Below are positions 17,424 to 26,664 of a stretch of DNA of 64,000 nt, piece by piece (the stretch's first letter is position 1; each line of letters begins with the position of its first letter). A model generated the notes under the pieces. It was not told the origin of the DNA. It saw only the letters and a program-made list of their open reading frames with translations, and ran no database searches. The position numbers and the translations under genes are program-made. This DNA is from an uncultured Pseudomonadales bacterium (GTDB lineage: Bacteria; Patescibacteriota; Microgenomatia; UBA1400; CAYXSR01). The stretch lies in NCBI GenBank assembly GCA_964467735.1, contig CAYXSR010000003.1, positions 1,078 through 65,077 of the forward strand, given 5' to 3'.

Positions 17424-18346
17424 AATAAAATAAGCAGTGCTCCTTCCCAACGTTCGAGCTTCTTTTTTGTCCGGACAAAAAACCAGAAAATAGCAAAAAT
17501 TAATACAAAAGCTACACTCGCTAGTAAATAAACTTTAAAGCCTCCATCTAAATATATTGGTCTAATTAAAGCTGTTAAACCTAAAATTAATGTAGAATTA
17601 GCCACAATACTTCCCAGTAAGTCTCCAAAAACCATACTCACTTGTTTTTTAGTTATTGCTCTTAATTCAAAAGATAACTCTGGCAAACTTGTCCCAACAG
17701 CAACTAAAAAAAGACCAATTAACATAACCGGAACTCCAAAGCTTCCGGCTAGTAATACCGCTATTTTTACAAGATTATCAGCACTAAAAATCAAAAGCGC
17801 CGCTCCAAAAAAAATCCAAGCTAGGTGACGCTCAACATGATTATATCCAATTCTGCGTAAAAACTTTCTAGGACTGGTCTTTCTTTTTAAAGCTCTTCTC
17901 TCGCTTCTTAAAAGAGTAAAATTATATACTCCATAAATTGTTATTAACAATAAACCTTCTACTTGGGTTAATTTATCATCCATTAATAAAAGCAAAGGTA
18001 GAATTCCTGCCAAAAAAGCATAAAAAATATCCTGTTTTAAAAAATCTCCCACTACCGCAACAGAGCCGCCAACTAAAGCTGCTCCGCCAATTACTAAAGA
18101 AACATTGGCAATATTTGAACCCAAAATATTTCCCAAAGCTAAATTCTGTTGTCTTTCCAAAGCGGCGGTAATGCCAACAAAAAGCTCAGGAAGAGATGTC
18201 GCTAAAGCCAGTAAAAAAGAAGTCAGGGCAAATTTATCAATTCCAGAGGCTCTTGATAAACGATTTAAAGCTCCTACTAAAATTTCGGTCGATTTTATAA
18301 GTAAAAAAGAAAAGAAAACCATTAAAAGCAAATAAACTAAAAGCAT
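17375..18346 (-). CDS. Ca2+/Na+ antiporter (CaCA family, YrbG-like)
   Basis: Two alpha-repeat signatures 'GNILGSNIANVSLVIG' and 'GDLLGSIVANSTLILG' in a 10-TM protein. Confidence 0.8.
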   Translation of the reverse strand: MLLVYLLLMVFFSFLLIKSTEILVGALNRLSRASGIDKFALTSFLLALATSLPELFVGITAALERQQNLALGNILGSNIANVSLVIGGAALVGGSVAVVGDFLKQDIFYAFLAGILPLLLLMDDKLTQVEGLLLITIYGVYNFTLLRSERRALKRKTSPRKFLRRIGYNHVERHLAWIFFGAALLIFSADNLVKIAVLLAGSFGVPVMLIGLFLVAVGTSLPELSFELRAITKKQVSMVFGDLLGSIVANSTLILGLTALIRPIYLDGGFKVYLLASVAFVLIFAIFWFFVRTKKKLERWEGALLILFYFIFVFVEFWRLNGS

Positions 18347-18532
18347 ATTCTTATAGTAGCAAATTTTTTAATCTTTAAAAACAGCCGTCTTTTTTGGACA
18401 AAAAAAAGACCCTCATTTCCCCAGCTAAGTAACTAACTTGTGTTCTTCTCGCTTTTCAGCAAGAAAAAAACAAATCAGCACTCGCCGATCAATGGGAAAT
18501 AAGGGCCATCAATAAAGATCTACGGGAAAACT

Positions 18533-20251
18533 CTAGTGGTTTCGCACCAGCATAGGCAGATAAAGCTTGTTCGGTAAGGCAAGGCCGCTCACTACACGGA
18601 ACCCATTGCTATAACCTTCTACGGTGATTGAACACCGTCCGAAGATGAACAACATTGGTTCTTGGTAGCCAACGGCTACCGTAGTCGCCGTGAACACTGC
18701 GCGAGATTCGGGTATTGGCCAAATATTCCTATAGGGTCTAAAACCCACAATCGAGCCGCCCAGCTCAACGATTTCCTCTCCGCACTCCATATCCCATGGA
18801 GTAAAGAAAGGTGGATTGCCCCAATCATCCTCGATTGCTGCAGTCCAGGTAAAAACCGTGTGAATTTGAACTTCGGAAGGAATCTCCGCCCGCAAGTGTG
18901 TTGCCCGGCCGCCCGGCCGAACCATCAAAAAATGCTTACTTCCAACCCCTTGCCAAGTGAAAGGAATGGTGTAGGTAACGACCTGTCCCGTGGAATTTGG
19001 CGAATCCCAGTAAATAACCGCCGTCTCACCTGACACTGGAGGACTGAACTCTCCCCATTCCATCTCATACCATTTTTCCGGAGAAGATAGAGTTATCTGA
19101 CCCCCATCGCTAAATGTCGCCGTCACTGGTAAGTTTACCAGGTTTTCAAGTTGTCCCCGATAAAACTGCTTGCTGGTACCCTCGATAGCCACCGGGTATG
19201 GCGGTTCTGGCGTCGAGGTTGGCGGCACTGGCGTGGTTGGTGTCGGGGTTGGCTCTTCCGTCCGAAATTCCACTTGTACCGGCAAGCTGCCGGTCACCCA
19301 ATGAGCTAGTTTCGGTGAGTACCACTCGTACTCGATATCCACCGAATAGTTCCCGGGTTGGGCCCCGACTACCTCAAGCATTCCTGTAATGATCTGGCCA
19401 CCGGCCAAAGTGGTCCAAGAAAAGCTTCCGGTGACCGTCACGCCCGCTGGCGCGTTGACGCTGATCCACCCATAGTAACCTGGTAACACCTCGCTGCACG
19501 GCTCCTCCACTGCTTGGGTGGAAGAGATATAGAAGCTATTCCAGTCAGTGAAGTGGACAAAAGTGCCGTTCCAGCTTCCATCCGTTCCCAAGGCGATATC
19601 TCCAAACAAATTGAGGTTATTTTGGCTAGGATCCTCTCCTACCAAAATAGTGTAGTGCTGGTTCCCCTCTCCGTGCGAAAGAATCGCCTGTTGACGCGCA
19701 GCAGTGTAAGGATCACTCGGGTGCGTCGGCTCCCCGTCGCCCACCAAGACCATCCTCCGCTGATCAATCCCCCCGCAGGTGGCCAGTTCACTCCGAGACA
19801 ACTGAATTGCCTCGGCAATGTTAGTCCATCCGCTGGGAGAAACTCCGGTGAGCGCCTGTGCTACTGCGCTAGGATCCGGCGCTCCCATTGGCAGAAGCAC
19901 GCTGGCGGCATCATTGAACACGATATACGCTGCTCTTGCTGATTGACTGATAATTCCTGTGTATTCGACTACTGCTTGCGTAGCCGTATACCAGGAGCCT
20001 GACATGGAGCCCGAGCGATCTAGAACTATGGTTTCGCAGCTTGGAGCCCTACACATCCCGCTCGTGGCCGAAAAGGCCTCAGCTCTAATAATGATCGTTG
20101 CTGTCAGCGGCCAGTTTACTGGATTCGAACTGGCACTCCAGGTCACTGTCCCTTCCTGCGCCGCAATCGGCGCCGAAAAGGCTAACAAAACCAATACCGA
20201 AAGCGTAATGCCACCCAAAAGACTTGCCAACAAACTCCAATACTTCTTCAC
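18533..20251 (-). CDS. secreted von Willebrand factor A (VWA) domain protein with Pro/Thr-rich linker, encoded in a high-GC island
   Basis: MIDAS motif 'IVLDRSGSMSG'. Likely GTG start at 20251, preceded by a GGAGG Shine-Dalgarno; signal peptide KKYWSLLASLLGGITLSVLVLLAFSAPIAAQ; PT-rich linker 'EEPTPTPTTPVPPTSTPEPP'. The local GC is far above the flanks. Confidence 0.7.
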   Translation of the reverse strand: MKKYWSLLASLLGGITLSVLVLLAFSAPIAAQEGTVTWSASSNPVNWPLTATIIIRAEAFSATSGMCRAPSCETIVLDRSGSMSGSWYTATQAVVEYTGIISQSARAAYIVFNDAASVLLPMGAPDPSAVAQALTGVSPSGWTNIAEAIQLSRSELATCGGIDQRRMVLVGDGEPTHPSDPYTAARQQAILSHGEGNQHYTILVGEDPSQNNLNLFGDIALGTDGSWNGTFVHFTDWNSFYISSTQAVEEPCSEVLPGYYGWISVNAPAGVTVTGSFSWTTLAGGQIITGMLEVVGAQPGNYSVDIEYEWYSPKLAHWVTGSLPVQVEFRTEEPTPTPTTPVPPTSTPEPPYPVAIEGTSKQFYRGQLENLVNLPVTATFSDGGQITLSSPEKWYEMEWGEFSPPVSGETAVIYWDSPNSTGQVVTYTIPFTWQGVGSKHFLMVRPGGRATHLRAEIPSEVQIHTVFTWTAAIEDDWGNPPFFTPWDMECGEEIVELGGSIVGFRPYRNIWPIPESRAVFTATTVAVGYQEPMLFIFGRCSITVEGYSNGFRVVSGLALPNKLYLPMLVRNH

Positions 20252-20629
20252 CGCTTGACCTCCTACATTTTGAGAGCCTTTTGGCTCGGCGGGTAAACAC
20301 TGTTTAACTGTCTTTTCCATTTTCTTTTTTCTCCTTATTGTGAAAGGTTACGAAAAAATTCAGCAATTTCTTGCCCCAATCATAATCACCAAAATCAGTT
20401 TGATAACTATAATTGGAGCAAGAAAAACCATAAAAAGGAGAAAAGTTTTCCCGTATGTTGTTTTGAAATCTGTTTTTAAAGCCGCTTTTAGCTTTTAAAC
20501 AAATTCCAAACCAATTTTTTCAAAGTACATATGTCTTATAGTTTTTTACTATAATACATATTAGGGGTGTATTTTACCACAAAAATGCAATAAAAACGAA
20601 TAAAACTATAGAATTAAAAAGGAGTTATT

Positions 20630-23152
20630 TTAGCCTGTTTTAGGGCGATGATTACGAAGAAAAGCCCATTTTACAGCTTCTATGCCTAAAACCGTCAAAA
20701 AAGCCTTAAAAATTATTAAAATCCAAAAGTAGGGATGTAAGGGTACTGTTTTTAAGATTAGGTTAAAAAAAGGCAGATACACTCCAACAAAAAGCATCAC
20801 AAATCCTATTCCTACACTAAATATTAAAAAAGTATTAGAAAAAATATTTTCATGCCAGATGTTTTTTCTAAGTGTCTTGCAAGAAAAAATATATAAAAGG
20901 GAGTCCATTGCTAAACCAGCAAAAATGATTGTCCTTATTACTTCTAAGGACAATTGTATCTTCAATAAAAATAAAAATATTAGTAACAGAAGAAAGTCTG
21001 CCATTAGACCAATGATAAAAATTATTATTTTTATTTCTCTATCTAAAATAGAAATATGTTTCGGCCGAGGTGGATCATCCATTAATCCCTCATCTTTTGG
21101 TTCGAAAGCTAAGGCCAAACCTGGCAATCCATCTTCAACTAAATTTACCCAAAGAATTTGGGCTGGTAATAAAGGGCTTGGTAACCCCAGTAAAAGACTT
21201 CCGCCAATTAAAACTACTTCGGTAAAACTATCAGATAAAAGATATAAAACAACTTTTTTAATATTTTCAAAAATCCCTCTTCCTTCCTCTACTGCCGCCA
21301 CAATTGTTTTAAAGTTTGAGTCCAATAAAACCATATCTGCCGTTTCTTTAGCTACTTCTGAAGCTTCTCCTACCACCACTCCAATATCCGATTTTTTTAA
21401 AGCCAATGCATCGTTTACCCCATCACCCATCATCGCCACAGAATGGCCTTTAGTTTGAAGTGCCTCAACAATTCTTATTTTTTGTTCTGGTGTTGTCCGA
21501 ACAAATAAAACGATTTCATCAATTCTATGAATCAACTCCTCTTCAGAAATCTTTTCTAATTCCCATCCTTCCATAATTTGTTCATCTCTAATATCCCCGT
21601 CATTTATTTCTAATCTATCTAGAATTGCCCGTGCAGTATTTAGGTAATCTCCGGTGATAACTTTTACTTCAATTCCAGCTTTCTTACATAATTGCAAAGA
21701 TTCCTTTACTTCTGTTCTTACTGGATCCTCAAACAATAATAAACCTAACCACTCTAATTTAAAATTCTTCCAAACAGATTTTGTTTTATTACCATAGCCT
21801 CCAAGTTTTTTTAATTTAGTAAAGATGCTCTTCATTTTTTTCAAATTTCCGCTGGTATAGCTAAAAGCGACTACTCGAAGCCCTTTTTTAGTGAAATGGT
21901 CGAGCTTAGTCAACCATTTCTCTTTGTCTTTTTTGCTCAGATCAGACATTTCCATAACCATTTCCGGGGCACCCGATAAAAAAATATCAGCTTTTGGTGG
22001 TGATTTCTGTCTGTTTAAAGTAGCAATAAATTTCTTTTCCGAAGAAAAAGGAATTTCATCAACTCTAGAATTTGCCAATAAAAGATTTTCTCCATCTGAT
22101 TTTAATTTTGCTTTAGCCCAATCCATCATCGCTATTTCTAATGGATTAATCATATTGTTACACAATATTGCCCCTTTTATTCCTTTAGTCTTGTTAACAA
22201 ATTCTGCCTCTACCACTCTCATTTTCCCTTCAGTCAAAGTACCTGTTTTATCGGTACAAATAACATCGACTGAACCTAATGTTTCGGCCGCCAAGAGCTT
22301 ACGTACCAAACTTTTTCTCTGTAAAATTCTTTGCATTCCTAAAGTTAAAATAACTGTTAAAGAAACTACTAAGCCTTCTGGAATAGCGGCTACAGCCACT
22401 GCCACTGATAAAGTAAAAATTTCAATAAAACTTCTCCCTCGCCAAAGGCCTTCAAAAAAAATAATGACACAAATCAAGCTAAAAATAATTGCTAAGACTT
22501 TTGAAAATTTAGCAATTTGTTTTTTAAGAGGTGTTTCTTCTTCGTCAGTCTTCTCAAGTTTACCAGCAATTTTTCCCATTTTTGTTAATAAACCCGTCTT
22601 TGTTACCTTCATTTTTCCTCTACCTGAAACTATTACTGTTCCCATAAATACTTCTTGCTTTATATTTTTTTTCACTGGCGCACTTTCTCCAGTTAAAATC
22701 GCCTCGTTTATATGAATATCTACTTCTTTTAGTAAAACACCATCAACCGGCACTTTATCTCCAGTTGACAAAATTACTACATCACCAGGCACTAATTTTG
22801 TGGCTTCAATTATGTCTTGTTTCCCATCTCTAATAACCTTTGCATGAGGAACTAATAGATCTTTTAAAGCAATTAAGGCTTTTTCTGCTTTAAATTCCTG
22901 AGCAAAACCTAAAATTGTATTTACTCCCACAGCCATAAAAATAACAACTGAATCTGTCCATTCTTTTAGAAATAAAGTAATTAAACCAGCAAAAAACAAA
23001 ATGTAGATTAATGGGGAAGAAAATTGATTAAATAAAAGTTTTAGCCAACGAACTCTCTTTTTAAGACTAATTTCATTAAGTCCATATTTTTCTAATCTTT
23101 TTTTTGCTTCTTGAGAAGTAAGACCAACGGAATCTATTTTTGACTCATTCAT
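20630..23152 (-). CDS. P-type cation-transporting ATPase (P2-type, Ca2+/Mg2+-like)
   Basis: 840 aa with the phosphorylation motif 'CTDKTGTLT', the hinge 'MMGDGVNDALALKKSDIGV', the TGES-like 'LTGES' and 10 TM helices. Confidence 0.9.
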   Translation of the reverse strand: MNESKIDSVGLTSQEAKKRLEKYGLNEISLKKRVRWLKLLFNQFSSPLIYILFFAGLITLFLKEWTDSVVIFMAVGVNTILGFAQEFKAEKALIALKDLLVPHAKVIRDGKQDIIEATKLVPGDVVILSTGDKVPVDGVLLKEVDIHINEAILTGESAPVKKNIKQEVFMGTVIVSGRGKMKVTKTGLLTKMGKIAGKLEKTDEEETPLKKQIAKFSKVLAIIFSLICVIIFFEGLWRGRSFIEIFTLSVAVAVAAIPEGLVVSLTVILTLGMQRILQRKSLVRKLLAAETLGSVDVICTDKTGTLTEGKMRVVEAEFVNKTKGIKGAILCNNMINPLEIAMMDWAKAKLKSDGENLLLANSRVDEIPFSSEKKFIATLNRQKSPPKADIFLSGAPEMVMEMSDLSKKDKEKWLTKLDHFTKKGLRVVAFSYTSGNLKKMKSIFTKLKKLGGYGNKTKSVWKNFKLEWLGLLLFEDPVRTEVKESLQLCKKAGIEVKVITGDYLNTARAILDRLEINDGDIRDEQIMEGWELEKISEEELIHRIDEIVLFVRTTPEQKIRIVEALQTKGHSVAMMGDGVNDALALKKSDIGVVVGEASEVAKETADMVLLDSNFKTIVAAVEEGRGIFENIKKVVLYLLSDSFTEVVLIGGSLLLGLPSPLLPAQILWVNLVEDGLPGLALAFEPKDEGLMDDPPRPKHISILDREIKIIIFIIGLMADFLLLLIFLFLLKIQLSLEVIRTIIFAGLAMDSLLYIFSCKTLRKNIWHENIFSNTFLIFSVGIGFVMLFVGVYLPFFNLILKTVPLHPYFWILIIFKAFLTVLGIEAVKWAFLRNHRPKTG

Positions 23153-23191
23153 ATTTTAATACTAACAGAAGGTTAAAGCTTTGGGCAATTA

Positions 23192-24958
23192 TTATTTGTT
23201 CGTGCTAGCTAATTTTTCAAGTTCTTTTAACGAAATTGACTCTTGTGATTTCTTATCATCTCTAAATCTTTTTAAACGAGGAAATCTTAAAGCTAATCCA
23301 GCTGTATGAATTGGTGATTTAGTAATGGTATCTGCCTCAATTTCTACAACTAATTCTGGTTTACACCAAATATCAGGTCTTAAATTTTTATCAATTTTGT
23401 ATTCTTTTGGTTGATCTTTTATTTTTATTTTTTCACAGCGTTCATACATTTCTCTCCATTGCTCATCAGTTAACCCAGTGCCAATTTTAGAAACGCTTAA
23501 AATTTGATTTTTCGAAATAATCCCAACTAAAAATGCTCCAATACCGAATGATGCTCTTTTTCCTTTTCCCCGATAATAACCCATTACTATACAATCGATT
23601 GTATCTGCGAGTTCTGATTTCATTCCTGCTTTATACTTTACCCAGTTATAATTCCGACTACCAGCCTGATAGACAGCATTAATTTTTTTTGCCATCAAAC
23701 CCTCTAAACCTTCGCCGACAACCTGTTTGAAAAAAACATCAAAATCTTTCGCTTTACTGACTATCTTTTGTTCAGTTAAAATAATCCCTTTTTCTTCACC
23801 TTTGCTCTTATTTAAAACTTCTTCTAATAGCTTCCGCCTGTTCTTAAAAGAGTCTAACAGTAAGGCTTGATTATTCAAAAAAAGTAAATCAAAAACAAAA
23901 ACTTTTAAGGGTAGTTCTTTAATTTTCTTTCCTATCCCGTGTTTTCTTTTTCGCTGAACTGTTTCTTGGAAAGGCAAAAAATCGCCAGTTTTAGGATTAT
24001 AAGCAATTGCTTCACCATCCAAAATTGCATTTTTAATTTTTAACTTATAGGCTGCTTCAACAATGTCTGGAAACATGTGAGTTGTATTTTCTAGATTTCT
24101 GGAAAAAATTCTAACAAAAAATTGTTTTTTACCTTGAAAAAGGTTTAAGTTAGTGTCTTTCTTCAAACTCATTTTTTTTGTTTTATCAATATGAATTTGA
24201 CAACGAAAACCATCATATTTTGGCTCTAAGGCACATTTACCATCCATTTTTTCTAAAATTTTGCTTGGCTCTGTTAGTCTTTCAGCTAAAGCAGCTCGAA
24301 TCGGTGTTCCAATTTCACTTTTTATTTTCTTTATTCCATTTATTCCCTTCCCTTTAAAAATTCTAGCTATTTTGCCAATATCAGCCAAAACATTAAAAGC
24401 TTTTTCCAAGTCTTTCCGTAATGATTTATCCCCTTTTTTCATCCAAGATAGGGCATCCAAAATTGTCATATCAGAAAATCCCAAACGAAGTTTATTTACT
24501 GGCATTCTTACTATATATTTACCGCTCAAAGAGTCTAAACTATCCAAAAGTTGGGTAGTTTCTTTTATCTTTCTTTCTACTGAACCCTCACCTGAATCTT
24601 GAGCAATTTCTAATAATTTTTGGTAAACAGCCGTCACTGTCAATTTAGATTTTTTTGTTTTCGGTTTTAAGTTATAGAATAGATCTCCTAAGTCTCCTGT
24701 TTTTTTGAATTCTTTGGTTACTTTTTTTTCATCTCCTTTTAAAGATCGAGCAATACTTCTAATTACCATTTTTTCTGCCATATTAAACTCAATTCCTTCA
24801 TATTTTGGCGCCAATTGACCTCGACAAAGATAACAGACTTTATCAATCTCTTCTGGAGGACAACTCTTAAACAATTTTGCCAAAATCTCAGTCATTTGGT
24901 TTCGAGAAGCAGTTTTTTCTAATTGGAAAAAAAATGAAGCCAGCTGTTGAAACAACAT
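23192..24958 (-). CDS. lig: ATP-dependent DNA ligase (archaeal/eukaryal type)
   Basis: Adenylation motif I 'EPKYDGFRCQIH' (KxDGxR) plus an OB-fold region; 588 aa. Confidence 0.85.
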   Translation of the reverse strand: MLFQQLASFFFQLEKTASRNQMTEILAKLFKSCPPEEIDKVCYLCRGQLAPKYEGIEFNMAEKMVIRSIARSLKGDEKKVTKEFKKTGDLGDLFYNLKPKTKKSKLTVTAVYQKLLEIAQDSGEGSVERKIKETTQLLDSLDSLSGKYIVRMPVNKLRLGFSDMTILDALSWMKKGDKSLRKDLEKAFNVLADIGKIARIFKGKGINGIKKIKSEIGTPIRAALAERLTEPSKILEKMDGKCALEPKYDGFRCQIHIDKTKKMSLKKDTNLNLFQGKKQFFVRIFSRNLENTTHMFPDIVEAAYKLKIKNAILDGEAIAYNPKTGDFLPFQETVQRKRKHGIGKKIKELPLKVFVFDLLFLNNQALLLDSFKNRRKLLEEVLNKSKGEEKGIILTEQKIVSKAKDFDVFFKQVVGEGLEGLMAKKINAVYQAGSRNYNWVKYKAGMKSELADTIDCIVMGYYRGKGKRASFGIGAFLVGIISKNQILSVSKIGTGLTDEQWREMYERCEKIKIKDQPKEYKIDKNLRPDIWCKPELVVEIEADTITKSPIHTAGLALRFPRLKRFRDDKKSQESISLKELEKLASTNK

Positions 24959-24965
24959 ATCTTTA

Positions 24966-26039
24966 TCAATGACTTAAAAAATAATGAGCCGCTTTAGTTT
25001 TGCCTTTCTTCTTCAATATACCTTTTTTCATTAGGTCTTTCAAATCTCGGAGAATGGTATCTTCAGAGACCATTGGTAAAATTTTTCTTGCCTCTCTCAT
25101 GAATAATTTTTCATTACTTTTAAGATATTCAACAATAGTTATTTGTCTTTCAGAAAGAGCAATCTGTCTGCCAAGCCGATCGCGAAATTTTTTATCCAAA
25201 GAAAGTTGTTTTACCTTCTCTTTTACACGAGTCAGTTCAATCGCCAAGGCTTCAGTAAAATATTCAAGCCAACCTGTTAAATCGCCTTTTAAGTGCTCAA
25301 CAGACTGTAAAGCATAATAATAAGCGGCGGCATCTTTATCAAAATGTTCCTCAATTGAAAAAAGCCGGCGGATATCATAGTCTTCTGCAAAAAGAATTAA
25401 GGTCGCAAATGCCCGGGCTACTCGACCATTACCATCAATAAAAGGATGAATTCTAGCCAATTCATAATGAGCAATTCCTGCTCTTAAAACCGGATGAATA
25501 TCTCTTGATGTTGATGAATTAAGCCATTTAAAAAAATCCTCCATTTGAAACGAAACTTCGATGGCTAGTGGTGGCCGGAAAGCTACCTCTCCAGTAATTC
25601 CATTTCTAATTACCACTTGCGTATTTCTATATTTTCCAGATCTATCCTCTGATAAAATTTTTTCAACTGTTTTTTTATGAATCTCTTTTAGTGTTTTTTG
25701 TTTATAAGTAATCTTTTCGTTCTTTTTTAATTTTTTAGCTTCTTTTTTTCCTAATTTACCGATTAATTGTAAAACGTTGCGATAATTAATAATTTCTTGA
25801 ATATCTCTTTCACGACCCGTTACCTCTTCTCCTTCAATCACTTTTTTTGCTTGAGTAAAAGAAAGTTCGTTACCTTCTATATGAGTTCCGTAATGAATTG
25901 TTCTTATTTGGGCTTCTTTTTGAAATTGAGCTTCCCAAGCAGGAATTAAAGGAGCCTCATTGATAATCTCCTTACAAGCTTCAATGACGCCAATACTTTT
26001 AAGAACTTTATTGGTAATCTTAAATTTTGGAGAAAACAT
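24966..26039 (-). CDS. Fic/Doc family protein (adenylyltransferase-type) with C-terminal wHTH-like region
   Basis: Canonical Fic motif 'HPFIDGNGRVARAF'; 357 aa. Confidence 0.85.
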   Translation of the reverse strand: MFSPKFKITNKVLKSIGVIEACKEIINEAPLIPAWEAQFQKEAQIRTIHYGTHIEGNELSFTQAKKVIEGEEVTGRERDIQEIINYRNVLQLIGKLGKKEAKKLKKNEKITYKQKTLKEIHKKTVEKILSEDRSGKYRNTQVVIRNGITGEVAFRPPLAIEVSFQMEDFFKWLNSSTSRDIHPVLRAGIAHYELARIHPFIDGNGRVARAFATLILFAEDYDIRRLFSIEEHFDKDAAAYYYALQSVEHLKGDLTGWLEYFTEALAIELTRVKEKVKQLSLDKKFRDRLGRQIALSERQITIVEYLKSNEKLFMREARKILPMVSEDTILRDLKDLMKKGILKKKGKTKAAHYFLSH

Positions 26040-26085
26040 AATTTGGTTTAATAATTATTGCACAAATTGCGGAAAAAGCCAATCA

Positions 26086-26655
26086 TCAGGAACTAAAGTT
26101 TATTTGTTCTATCGGAAAATACTGAGATCCTAAACGAGATAACTTACTTTCATAAATCTTTATATTATCGATTAATATTTTACTTTTAAAATTAAGTTCC
26201 CTTAAGGCCTTCATTTGTCGACCGATTTCTTTCCTTTGAGCTACTCTTACTCTCTTAATCCTACCTAAAGTAATATGGGGTGTAAAAAGTTTATCACTAA
26301 TCTTAAACCCTTTGTTTTTTAACTTTTTATTAATTGTTTTTTGTAAGAAAGCGAGTCTTTTTAAATCACCTTTTAAACCAATCCAAATAATTCTGGGCCA
26401 GTCAAAATCAGGAAAAACACCTAAACCTTTAAATAAAAGTATGAACGGTTGGGTTTCTCTGACTACTTGTCTACAAATTTTTTTTATTTCTAGCAATTTC
26501 TCTTTTTCAATATTTCCTAAAAAAACTAAAGTCTGATGAAGTTTATCGGGCTTTTCCCATCTAACATCCCAACCCTTTTTTGATAGTTTTTTTAAAAGCT
26601 GCTCTATTTCTTTTTTGGCTTGATCAGACAAGTCAACGCTAATAAAAACTCTCAT
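26086..26655 (-). CDS. thpR: RNA 2',3'-cyclic phosphodiesterase (2H phosphoesterase, LigT/ThpR)
   Basis: Two H-x-T/S-x motifs, 'HQTLVFLG' and 'HITLGR', at the expected spacing in a 189-aa protein. Confidence 0.75.
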   Translation of the reverse strand: MRVFISVDLSDQAKKEIEQLLKKLSKKGWDVRWEKPDKLHQTLVFLGNIEKEKLLEIKKICRQVVRETQPFILLFKGLGVFPDFDWPRIIWIGLKGDLKRLAFLQKTINKKLKNKGFKISDKLFTPHITLGRIKRVRVAQRKEIGRQMKALRELNFKSKILIDNIKIYESKLSRLGSQYFPIEQINFSS

Positions 26656-26664
26656 TTAGATAAA

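Noticed and set aside
18662-20258. Four plus-strand ORFs (123, 63, 142, 99 aa) inside the high-GC island
   Set aside because: All lie antisense to the 595-aa VWA gene. Long stop-free antisense frames are expected at more than 50% GC. They have no RBS and no motif, so they are artefacts of composition.
20859-22715. 199-aa and 274-aa plus-strand ORFs
   Set aside because: Entirely antisense to the well-supported P-type ATPase gene. Low-complexity Ser/Ile/Phe-rich translations are typical of antisense AT-rich coding DNA.
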